Source: Chloropicon primus
Lineage: Eukaryota
Length of the DNA: 64,000 nucleotides
Assembly (NCBI GenBank): GCA_023205875.1
Contig: CP060769.1
Location: forward strand, 186,001-250,000
Direction: 5' to 3'
Numbering within the stretch: the first letter of the stretch is position 1; each line of letters starts with the position of its first letter. Shown piece after piece: positions 55,058 to 64,000 of the stretch. The notes beneath the pieces were generated by a model, which was not told the origin of the DNA, made no database searches, and saw nothing but the letters and a program-made list of their open reading frames with translations. The position numbers and the translations under genes are program-made.

Positions 55058-57685
55058 TCACTGAAAGATGTTACTCTGGCATCCGCGCTTGTGAACGGAT
55101 TCAAAGCTGTTGTCCCTCGGGAAGTGGAACACCAACCTCAGGTTGACGTACTGCAGATCTTCCTCCGGAGTGGTCAACATCGCCTTCTTCGACAGGTTGT
55201 TCTGGTGCATCTTGAGCTTCACCACGCGATCGTCGCTCAGGCCAGGGCAAACCCTCAGCGTGTGCCTTACGGCCTTGGCCTTCAAATTTTCTAACGCTAC
55301 TCCCGCCGCGCTTGTTCCACTGAATGGCACGCGCTGCCTGGTCTTCGTTTCCACGAACACCCACTTATCCTCCTCGCCCCTTCTCTCAGCCCTCTTCTTC
55401 TTCTGAGACCACTGGAGGTCGCTCTGGACGACTTCGGTCCAAGACTTGGTGTTCAATGCGTGAACCTCTCTCATGAACCAGCTCATGTTCATGCGGTGCA
55501 CCCACCTGGACTGCCTCTGCAGCATCTTGCTGATCCTGCCCTCCAGCTCCAGCCTTCGGGCATTCTCTAGCGCCTGCTGCATCTGCATTCTCCTATCCTC
55601 CAGCCTCCTTTCCCTCTCCTTTTCCTGCTTTGCGATTGCCCTCTCGACAGCGAGCTCTTCCTGCCTTTTCAACTCCTCAAGCTTCTTCTGCTCCTCGGCT
55701 TCCTTCTGCACGTGGATGCTAGCAATCCTGCTCGACCTCTTCTTCACCGCCATTTCGTACAGCCTCTCCCTCTCCTCCTTTCTCTTCCTGGCGTTGGCGG
55801 TCTCCTCCAAGTGGGGCACAATCTCCTCCTTGAGGACTCTGATCAGTTCGCCCTCCTCCTCCTCCTTCTCATTCACCTTCCTCCAAAAGTTGTCGACCGC
55901 CCTGGACTTTCCCTGCTTGGAGAGAGCCTTCTTTTGCTTCTTTTGGCCAGCTCGCCTCTCCTCCCTCTCCAAGTCTAATGCGCACGCAAGAGACTGCATG
56001 TCTTCCAATGTCGTGCAAGGGGTGCAGAACTCGCTGAGGGACTGGGTATCCGCAGTGAGGCACGTCTTCATCGTCACAGTCACGGGCTTCTCCGCATAAA
56101 GGCGGCAGTCCTCTCCGCCCTGCGACAGGTAGTAGAACCGGTTTCCGTGCCTGTCCATCGCAAGAGGCGCCTCCCTTAGCGCTGGTGCGCCGTACTCCGC
56201 ATCCTTCACCGTCCTGTCCACCGCCTCTCTGATGTAAGGGCAGGCCTCAATCCTCCACTCAACCAGGGCGTGAAGAACAAGCAGCCTGTCGAGAGGAGTG
56301 GTCATCATAAAGTTCATTTTCGCAGCGGGGGGCTCGGGAGCCTGCGCTGCGACTGGAATGACGTGGGCATCGGCGTCCACCATTTCTACGTCTGCCGTGG
56401 TCTCCAGCGCACCGTTTCCCACTTCCTCCATGACCCCGTTGGCCACCTGCTCCACCTCGCGGGGCACCTCAAGGGGCCTTCGCATCCCCTTGGCAGTATA
56501 GGTGACGTCGAAGTACTGCTTGAACCACCAGCTCTTCAGCCTCTTGTCCAGCTCGGCGCCCCACTTCTCCATGAACATGGTGCTCTCCCTGGCATAAAAC
56601 TTTGCGTCGGGGGGGACGGAGTAAGGGTTGTCCCTAGCAAGCCTGTACAAGAGCTCGGTCAAGAAGAGCTGGTTCTTGCTTGGGTCCAAGAGGGCGTTCT
56701 CAAGCTGGTCCGAGCTGAACTTCTTCACCTTGAGGTCGGTGGAGAACATTCTGCAGAAGTGGCAAATTCCAGCAAATTCCCAGCTCCTCCTGAGAGCCTT
56801 CCTGTAGGCCTCGACCCTGGCCGGGTGAATGAAGTCCTCCTCGTCGCCCCAGGGCTCGATGTCGACCGAGGACTCCGCCTTCCTGGCCGACCCGCCCTCC
56901 GCGGCGTCGACAAGCTCCTCCACCGTCTCCAAGCTCTGCCATAAGGTGTCCTCATCCTGGTTCGACAGCTCGAGCCGCGAAACTTGGTCGTTCTCCTGCT
57001 TCTTTTTCTTGGCTTGCTGCTTGGCGTCCTTCTTCGCGCCCTTGGCGGACCCCCGCTGCTGCTTCGCCTTCCCCCCTTCCGGCTCCGGCTTGGCCTTCAC
57101 GACTTCTTTCACCCTGCCGCTCCTCCTCGCGCCCTCCCGAAAACCCTTCTGGCTTTTGGAGGCGCGGGATCCGGTGCTGTTGCTCGATTTCGCGCCCAAA
57201 GTCCTCGCCACGGATCCGCTCGACCCGTTCTTGCCCGTCTCCAGCAGCCTGTACGTGCTCCGCTTGGACTTGGAGCTGAGGTCAAGCTCTTCCCTGTCGC
57301 CGTCATCGTATTCGATGACGTACCTCCCCTTGTACTTTCCGGTCACAGTCCCCGCAAAATACTCCGGGGGATCGTCGAAGAGCACCTCGATTCTCTGACC
57401 GATCGCCAGGGGGGCCTTCGACGCCGTAACGCCTTTGCTCCTCCCCCCAGCAGCCGCTTGAGCTGTCGTCTTGGCCAACTTCTGAGGCCTCTCCTCGCCC
57501 CCCACGCCGCCGCCCTCCTCCTTCTCGTCCCCCTCGCCGTTCGCCTCTTGCGCACTCGACTGCCTCCTCGGCCTCAGCCTCTCTTTCCTCTCATAATACG
57601 CCGCGATCTTCAAAACTTCCTTCACTCCTGGCCCATCGCTCAAGGGATCCCCTTGCTGCTCCTCGTGACTCTTCGTCGTCGTCAT
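55058..57685 (-). CDS. Chromatin protein with a Tudor-like domain, DDT domain and WHIM motifs (DDR4-like)
   Basis: Tudor-like IGQRIEVLF..YFAGTV..IEYDDGDREEL; DDT LRRSWEFAGICHF..LENAL; WHIM RLLVLHALVEW, PLAMDRHGNRFY and CRLY; coiled coil with KKRSSRIA. Confidence 0.85.
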   Translation of the reverse strand: MTTTKSHEEQQGDPLSDGPGVKEVLKIAAYYERKERLRPRRQSSAQEANGEGDEKEEGGGVGGEERPQKLAKTTAQAAAGGRSKGVTASKAPLAIGQRIEVLFDDPPEYFAGTVTGKYKGRYVIEYDDGDREELDLSSKSKRSTYRLLETGKNGSSGSVARTLGAKSSNSTGSRASKSQKGFREGARRSGRVKEVVKAKPEPEGGKAKQQRGSAKGAKKDAKQQAKKKKQENDQVSRLELSNQDEDTLWQSLETVEELVDAAEGGSARKAESSVDIEPWGDEEDFIHPARVEAYRKALRRSWEFAGICHFCRMFSTDLKVKKFSSDQLENALLDPSKNQLFLTELLYRLARDNPYSVPPDAKFYARESTMFMEKWGAELDKRLKSWWFKQYFDVTYTAKGMRRPLEVPREVEQVANGVMEEVGNGALETTADVEMVDADAHVIPVAAQAPEPPAAKMNFMMTTPLDRLLVLHALVEWRIEACPYIREAVDRTVKDAEYGAPALREAPLAMDRHGNRFYYLSQGGEDCRLYAEKPVTVTMKTCLTADTQSLSEFCTPCTTLEDMQSLACALDLEREERRAGQKKQKKALSKQGKSRAVDNFWRKVNEKEEEEGELIRVLKEEIVPHLEETANARKRKEERERLYEMAVKKRSSRIASIHVQKEAEEQKKLEELKRQEELAVERAIAKQEKERERRLEDRRMQMQQALENARRLELEGRISKMLQRQSRWVHRMNMSWFMREVHALNTKSWTEVVQSDLQWSQKKKRAERRGEEDKWVFVETKTRQRVPFSGTSAAGVALENLKAKAVRHTLRVCPGLSDDRVVKLKMHQNNLSKKAMLTTPEEDLQYVNLRLVFHFPRDNSFESVHKRGCQSNIFQ

Positions 57686-58174
57686 CCTCCTTTCGTCCAC
57701 GACACGCCTATCCCTTCGCCTCACCCTCCGCTTCAGCACCAGACGCAACGCTTCACCTCGTCTCCCTTCGCCCTCCTCTCCCCCTCTCCTCCCCCTCTTG
57801 GCCGCCTCTTCTCCCCCTCTGCTCCTCCGCGCCGATCTCCTTCTCCCTTCTCTCTCTCCCTTCTCTCTCTCTCTCTCCGCCTTTAAAAACGGCGTCCTGA
57901 TAGATTAACTAATTCAAACGAAAATAAACAACAAATATTTCAATTGAAGTTAACAAAACTTTCTTTTAGAAGATTTTCGAAGATATGTACCACAATGTTT
58001 ATCTAGTGACGTTACATTGGACATTGATCCTATGGAAACGATTTGAGTGGAGGGAGAGAGGAAACGGCTTTTTGCGAAAGCCAAAGGTGGAGGAGAGAGA
58101 GGGACGATGAAGGGTTGAGGACACGAGAGGGGGGGAGAGGGGGTGCAATCAAGGAAAGAGGTGCAAATATCGTC

Positions 58175-58204
58175 TGATTTTCTTTGGAACGAGCCCTCGC
58201 TCGA
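58175..58204 (-). promoter_or_regulatory. Dispersed 30-bp intergenic element, copy D
   Basis: Reverse complement TCGAGCGAGGGCTCGTTCCAAAGAAAATCA (24/30 to copy B); the flank CGCTCTGGTGAGGACGT matches copy A CGCTCTGATGAGGATGT. Confidence 0.55.
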
Positions 58205-58721
58205 AGGAAGGGGCGCTCTGGTGAGGACGTGAAGACGCGAAAGGTAGAGGGAGGAAGATGAGGATCGACGAGGTTGAGGAGGAGGACAAGGGAGGGCCAA
58301 CCACAAGTGTCATCGCCACGGATCAAGAGGCCTCCAAGAGCTTCTTGACGGGCTCCACCACCATCATCGAAAAGGAGAGTGACAGTGAGAAGGATAGCGG
58401 TGTTGCGGGTTCGTCCTTCCAACCTGGGGAAGAGCCAACGTCAAGAGCCAAGACAAGGAACAATGCATTGTGAAGAGAGAGTACCTCGAAGAGGTCGGGC
58501 TCTGCAAGGCTCCTCGTCCTCCGTTGTCGAAGAGAACAAGAAGCAAGACGGCCCCTTCCATCGTCAAGGTCAAGCAGGAAGAGTGAGGAGGAGGTTGAAG
58601 TGTGCAAACCAATGCCTTCCCCCGCCAGACCATGTAGAAGTTTGTAAAGTGTATTTGTACAATTTGACTAAGCCTTTGGGTTCCCCACACAGCATCGATG
58701 CCACTGTCCCGCGGATCAAAT

Positions 58722-59934
58722 TCAACTAGGTGGCCAGTTCGACTCCGCCGTCCTGTTCTCCGAGACGAGACCTCGGAGCCTCCTGGCCCGGCTGCTGCTC
58801 GGTGGCTTCGCCGAGGTGGGCTTGGAACTCGGAGCCCTCGGGACGCGATTGCCCGCGTTCACGGGAGGCAGTGGAGGAGGCAGCGCGTTCTTCAACATGG
58901 GTTGGGAACCCCCGAAGGCCGCCGGGTCGAGAGGCCCAAGGATGGACGGGCCAAGGCTCTGCGGGGCATCGATGTCTGGATTTTGGTGGACCTTCAAAAT
59001 GTTGGCGCCCCCGAAGCCGCGGTCCGTTCCCAAGCTGTTGCTCACGTCGAGCAGCTTGGCTTCGACTTGACTGAGCTTCTCCACTCCTTGAAGGGTTTTG
59101 GAGAAGTCTTTCAAGTCATTCATCGATGGCGGGGGCTGGAGGTTCGCCTCCCTCTCTCCCGACCTGTCCTGCAGGCACTGTTGCAGGTACTCGATGTCCT
59201 CCAGCAGGGCCTCGTGCTCAGCCAGCAACACTTGCTTCAGCGTAGGAGCAATGGTGTCGATGTCGAAGACGTTCAACTTCGACTCCACTTGCTGAAGGAC
59301 CTTGTAGACGTCAGGGAGAGCGAAGTTCGAGAACGAGCCGGACGAACCCGCGGTCGAGGGCCGGGAGGACGTGCTGCACGAGCTAGCGGGCCGGCTCCTT
59401 GGAGTGTAAGGCCTTGTAAGGCCTAGCTGGCCCGCGCTGGCGCTTCCCGGTCTCGATGCGTCCGGCCTCGCGGTGGCTTGGAGGTAATCCAAAACTTTCT
59501 TCTCTTTCGTGCTCAAGGATGTGGAACAGAGCCCGGACGAGCCCAACGTGAACTTGAGCGTGCTCAGCATCTTTCGAAGGTCTCTCTCGAGCATGGCCCT
59601 CGCGGGCGTGTCGATCAGCTTCCTTTTCGACCAAACCCCCTCGATGTCCCCCTCCAAGTCTTGGAGGATGCCCCCAAGCATGTTTGCCTCCTCGAAGAGG
59701 GCGCCATTCTCCTCCACGAGTCTTCCCAACACAAGTTCGACCTTGTAGCGCAGCCAGAAGAAACAGAAAACGACCACAAAAGTCAGATGGGGTTATCGGC
59801 GAAGCTTCTTGTTGCCGGCTCACCTCGTCTCTCTCCACCGCAGTTATTTTCGGTGCAATCACCTCCCACAGAAGAATCTGAACCGTCCTCAGGTGCAGAG
59901 CTGGGTGCATTGCCCCTTCGCTCGAACCCTCCAT
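58722..59934 (-). CDS. CCDC24-like coiled-coil protein, about 376 aa, 2 exons
   Basis: Exons 59934-59824 and 59741-58722 (phase-0 intron GTGAGC..AAG). LWEVIAPKITAVERDE|VELVLG and LNVFDIDTIAPTLKQVLLAEHEALLEDIEYLQQCL resemble CCDC24. Confidence 0.8.
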
Positions 59935-60160
59935 CGTTTCTTCTTTCCCTCGAGTCGTGACGAGTCCTCAAGCTTTTGCTCTCCAATCCGAAACAAATCA
60001 AAAGTCCTTCCCCCTACGATCAATTCAAAACTCGTGATGGATCTCGCCTCGACTGCCACCGCATCCCTCTCTCTCCCTCTCTGCAACTTGCTCAGCCCAG
60101 ACCTCAACTGCTCTCTGCCACCCGCTTGCTCCACAACAACAACTCTCACTCAAGTGAGAA

Positions 60161-60481
60161 GCCACTTGGCCTCTTTCCTGGCCTCAAGTTCCGCAACTGA
60201 GGGGTCCAACGAAAGACCTGGAGACACAGCTTGGCGCAATGCCACTCCACTTTGCCGCAATGCCTCGTCCTCGAACTTAAAGATCCCTCCCACCTCTCTC
60301 CCCTTCCCCTTCTGTCCTCTTATGCTCAAGGCACCGAGAGCGAGCTCCTGGCCACTTGGCCTCTTTCCTGGCCTCAAATTTCGCAACTGAGGGGTCCAAC
60401 GAAAGACCAGGAGACGTAGCTTGTCGCAATGCCACTCCACTTTGCCGCAATACCTCGTCCTCGAACTTAAAGAGCCCTCCC
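60161..60481. repeat. Direct duplication of about 131 bp with 190-bp period (60161-60291 and 60351-60481)
   Basis: Near-identical copies starting GCCACTTGGCCTCTTTCCTGGCCTCAA and ending CTCGAACTTAAAGA(T/G)CCCTCCC. Confidence 0.92.
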
Positions 60482-60730
60482 TGACACACACTCTCTCCTG
60501 GTGGTCCCCAAGCCAGAGCTTGTTCAAAATAAAAACTGTCCATGGGATGCATGTACTTCAAATTTGAACTCAAATGTGAAAGGAGATAATTCCGTCGATT
60601 GAGTCTCAGCCTCTCAACCTCACAACACAGAACGAGGGGCGGTTATAAGGTGAGTGCGTCTTTCGGACGGAAAGGACGACGCGCGGGACGAACGGGTGGG
60701 AATACCTTGCCGACACATCGATTCCTTGCG

Positions 60731-60760
60731 TCGTGATCTTTTCAAAGACCCCTCTCTCGA
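60731..60760 (-). promoter_or_regulatory. Dispersed 30-bp intergenic element, copy H
   Basis: TCGTGATCTTTTCAAAGACCCCTCTCTCGA on + (24/30 to the reverse complement of copy B). Confidence 0.5.
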
Positions 60761-61310
60761 TGAAATGGGTCCATTGGGGACGAATCGAGAGACTGAAACG
60801 TGCCCTTCTTCCTCGTTGATGTCATGGCTGATGCAGGTAAGCCTTTGGGACGGCGTGGAGGGCGAGGACTCGCGAGGACGTGGCGAACTTCGCGACAGGG
60901 GGTAGCTTGCGTTTTTATGCTTCGTTTGGCCCTTCGTTGGGAGGAAATACCTACCGTTTTCGAGCCCTTACTGACCCTTCAACCTCATCGTGACGTCGTC
61001 GTGGTCTCTCTGGGCTGGGCAGTTATAAGCCACGAACGCGAGGTGAGTTTGGGACGATTTTGGCAGGAAAGAGTTGTGTGATCGGAATCTTCGTCCCTTC
61101 CCCTCTCGCTCGATAGAAATCCCCCGCCGACTTGGAACGGAGCTCGTTACTGACACGCCACTTCAATCATCATCATCGTCATCATCATCTTCGTCGTCGT
61201 CATCTTCGTCACCATCTTTCTTCGTCATCGCTGTGGTCTCTCAGTGATTGATTCATTGATCCACCACCAACATAGCAGTTCTCAGAGGAGGTCTGAAGAA
61301 GGCGATCGGC

Positions 61311-62648
61311 ATGCTTCGAGGACTCGCTTCAACGAAGACGGTGAAGGCCTTGAAGGTGGGCCAGAACCGAACCACTGGTGCTGGCAAGCTTGGCCGCCAG
61401 GGGAGGAAGAACCTTCTGTCGACGACGAGGGTCGCGGAGAGGGAGCCCCTGCTCAAGTCAGAGGCCCCGCAGAGGCCGGACTTGAACGGGAGGTACGGCA
61501 AGTACGGCGGGAAGTACGTGCCCGAGACCCTGATGTACGCCCTGAGCGTCTTGGAGGAGGACTACGCGAGGCTGAGCAACGACAAGGACTTCCAGGACGA
61601 GCTGAACGGGTTGCTGCAGGACTACGTCGGGAGGGCGACCCCGTTGTACTACGCGGAGAGGCTCTCTGAGCACTACGGCAGCGAGATCTACCTCAAGAGG
61701 GAGGACTTGAACCACACCGGGGCCCACAAGATCAACAACGCCCTCGGCCAGGCCCTCATGTGCAAGAAGCTCGGGAAGGAGAGGATCATCGCGGAGACCG
61801 GGGCGGGCCAGCACGGCGTGGCCACTGCCACCGTGTGCGCCCGCCTGGGCCTCAAGTGCATCATTTACATGGGAGCCAAGGACATGGAGAGGCAGGCCCT
61901 TAACGTGTTCAGGATGAAGCTCCTTGGCGCGGAGGTCAGGCCGGTCGCGGCAGGAACGGCCACCCTCAAGGACGCCACCTCCGAGGCCATCAGGGACTGG
62001 GTGACGAACGTGGAGACCACCCACTACATCCTGGGTTCGGTGGCCGGGCCCCACCCCTACCCGATGATGGTGAGAGACTTCCACGCCGTGATCGGCAAGG
62101 AGACGAGGGCGCAGTGCCTGGAGAAGTTCGGCGGCAAGCCGGACATCCTCATGGCGTGCATTGGCGGCGGCAGCAACGCCATGGGACTCTTCCACGACTT
62201 CGTGGAGGACGAGGACGTGAGGCTCATCGGCGTCGAGGCCGCTGGAGATGGCTTGGACACCGACAGGCACGCCGCCACCCTGACGTACGGCCAGCCCGGG
62301 GTCCTGCACGGATCGTTCAGCAAGCTCTTGCAGGACCACGACGGCCAGGTCATCGAGCCTCACAGCATCAGCGCTGGTTTGGATTACCCCGGCGTTGGCC
62401 CTGAGCACTCCTTCTTGCAAGACATCGGGAGGGCCGAGTACTACGGAATCTCCGACAAGGAGGCCCTCAAGGCGTTCGAGCTCGTGTCCAGGATGGAGGG
62501 AATCATCCCCGCGCTGGAGACCTCCCACGTCTTGGCGTACCTCGACAAGCTCTGCCCTACCCTGAAGAACAACGAGAGGATCGTGGTGAACTGCAGCGGG
62601 AGGGGAGACAAGGACGTCCAATCGGCGTCGAAGCACTTTGACTTTTGA
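61311..62648 (+). CDS. TSB: Tryptophan synthase beta subunit, plastid-targeted
   Basis: Transit peptide followed by [18 protein letters not shown]-lysine motif [37 protein letters not shown] and SGRGDKD. Confidence 0.98.
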   Translation: MLRGLASTKTVKALKVGQNRTTGAGKLGRQGRKNLLSTTRVAEREPLLKSEAPQRPDLNGRYGKYGGKYVPETLMYALSVLEEDYARLSNDKDFQDELNGLLQDYVGRATPLYYAERLSEHYGSEIYLKREDLNHTGAHKINNALGQALMCKKLGKERIIAETGAGQHGVATATVCARLGLKCIIYMGAKDMERQALNVFRMKLLGAEVRPVAAGTATLKDATSEAIRDWVTNVETTHYILGSVAGPHPYPMMVRDFHAVIGKETRAQCLEKFGGKPDILMACIGGGSNAMGLFHDFVEDEDVRLIGVEAAGDGLDTDRHAATLTYGQPGVLHGSFSKLLQDHDGQVIEPHSISAGLDYPGVGPEHSFLQDIGRAEYYGISDKEALKAFELVSRMEGIIPALETSHVLAYLDKLCPTLKNNERIVVNCSGRGDKDVQSASKHFDF

Positions 62649-62758
62649 GGCAAGGAAACATTGGTGAACAAAAACCGCCGGAGCAAGCGCCCGGTCGCCC
62701 ATCTATATATATGTGACTGTAAAACTGTTTACTTACTCGAAAGGCCCCTCCTCCTTGG

Positions 62759-63757
62759 TCACATCTCGTCGACGAAGACGTCCTCGACTCGCTCGAGGCA
62801 CGTGTCCTGCCGAAGCCAGTGCTTGAGCCACGACGTGTAGTTCGGCAGCCTCACCGCCCGGGCGTGGTCGACGAAGGAGGATTCCCCGGAGAAGACGTCG
62901 AAGTCGAGCTCCCCGCCGCTCAGGATGCCGACCTGAAGGTGCTCCCCGGGCCTCAACGCGGAGGGGTAGAAAATTGGGGCGCCCGAGTCACCGTTGCAGC
63001 TCGCCTTGCCCCGCCGCCGCATGCAAATCGTCTCCGATGTGCAGAACGTCCCGCCGTGCTTGCTACAGGCGGGGTCCGCCTCGCAGTCCACGATGCTGTA
63101 CTCCATCTTTGACATGTCGTCCACCTCATCCGCGGCGGACACCTCGTACACGCAGTGGGTCTCCGTATCGCCAAAGCCGACGACCGTAACGTTCTTGGGG
63201 GCCTCCACGGCTCCCGTGAATATTTTGACCGGGTTGTGGGTCTGGCACGTCTCGAGGAATACCAAGGCGAGATCCCAGAAGGCCGAGCCCCGGCGGTACT
63301 CGAACGGCTCCCCAACGACGATCTTCTTGACCCCCACCACGTGCCGGTCCCCGTCCCCGTCGTGCGCCCAAACGGAGGCCGACTTCCCCAGCACCGCCTT
63401 GTACCCCTCGCTGACCTCCCGCTGCTCCCTGTACCTCCCCGCGAAGTCGTTGTCGTACTCGTAGATCTCGTCGTCCTTGTGAAAACAATGGGCGGCGGTG
63501 AGAATGACGCCCGGGGACACCAAGCTCGCCGAGCACATGTGGTGAAGCTTCCCCGTGTCCCTCACCATAACGAGCGAGGCGCCGAAGGGGTAGTCGTCAA
63601 CCGAGGTCGTCACCCCGTTGAAAACCTGGAGGTCTCTCCCCCCCGCCCCCGGGAGGGCGAGGGCGAGAAGAACGACCCCGAGACAAACAAAACAACGCGG
63701 GACGAACGACGACAACAACGAGGAGGAGGACAAGGCGGCCTCGAACATCATCTCCAT
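62759..63757 (-). CDS. Secreted S1-family (chymotrypsin/trypsin-fold) serine protease
   Basis: Signal peptide, activation-site-like VFNG, and catalytic triad motifs LTAAHC, WDLAL and CNGDSGAP. Confidence 0.9.
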   Translation of the reverse strand: MEMMFEAALSSSSLLSSFVPRCFVCLGVVLLALALPGAGGRDLQVFNGVTTSVDDYPFGASLVMVRDTGKLHHMCSASLVSPGVILTAAHCFHKDDEIYEYDNDFAGRYREQREVSEGYKAVLGKSASVWAHDGDGDRHVVGVKKIVVGEPFEYRRGSAFWDLALVFLETCQTHNPVKIFTGAVEAPKNVTVVGFGDTETHCVYEVSAADEVDDMSKMEYSIVDCEADPACSKHGGTFCTSETICMRRRGKASCNGDSGAPIFYPSALRPGEHLQVGILSGGELDFDVFSGESSFVDHARAVRLPNYTSWLKHWLRQDTCLERVEDVFVDEM

Positions 63758-63929
63758 CTCGTGCCGTTTCGTCGTTCAGTCGGCGCCCGAAAGCTGCGAG
63801 GTCGCAAAGGAAACCAACCTCTCGGTCTCTCGCCTCGCTCACCCTTACGGCGGTTGTACTGTGGTGCTCTCCCACTCTCTCGCCCGAGTCGCCCAAAGAG
63901 TGACGCTCTCTCGCGCGCTCTCTCTCTCC

Positions 63930-63970
63930 GCCACTGGCGGTTACACTGTGCCACTGGCGGTTACACTGTG
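63930..63970. repeat. 20-bp tandem repeat GCCACTGGCGGTTACACTGT x2
   Basis: Directly visible near the window end. Confidence 0.85.
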
Positions 63971-64000
63971 GTGCTCTTCCCACAACAGCGGGGCCCGAAA

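Noticed and set aside
61165..61230. (TCA/TCG/TCT)n trinucleotide tract upstream of TSB as an acidic mini-ORF
   Set aside because: A simple microsatellite of a kind common in this window's intergenic DNA; no supporting gene structure.

Overview
Gene-dense, GC-rich, intron-poor eukaryotic nuclear DNA from a green alga. Evidence: GT-AG introns, plastid-type transit peptides, TGTAA poly(A) signals and Chlamydomonas-like axonemal dyneins. A compact picoalgal genome such as Chloropicon is my inference, not a database result. About 26 protein-coding genes are present: the 3' end of an outer-arm-alpha-like dynein heavy chain, a HAPSTR1-like small protein, a secreted P-domain protein, a GT32 glycosyltransferase, a secreted unknown, DCAF4-like WD40, RPE, PDI-C/ERGIC-thioredoxin, two unknowns, PRP28/DDX23, DUS1, an atypical kinase, UTP10/HEATR1, UBC7, an 82-aa unknown, a plastid acyl-activating enzyme, a MORN protein, MgtE, a stellacyanin-like cupredoxin, an intronless 4466-aa inner-arm dynein heavy chain, ZNF598/Hel2, a Tudor-DDT protein, a CCDC24-like protein, tryptophan synthase beta and an S1 protease. 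I saw no rRNA, tRNA, CRISPR array or transposase. The most notable unexplained signal is a dispersed element with a 30-bp core (extending to about 50-75 bp). It has a palindromic centre and at least 8 copies, each in an intergenic region upstream of a gene start.
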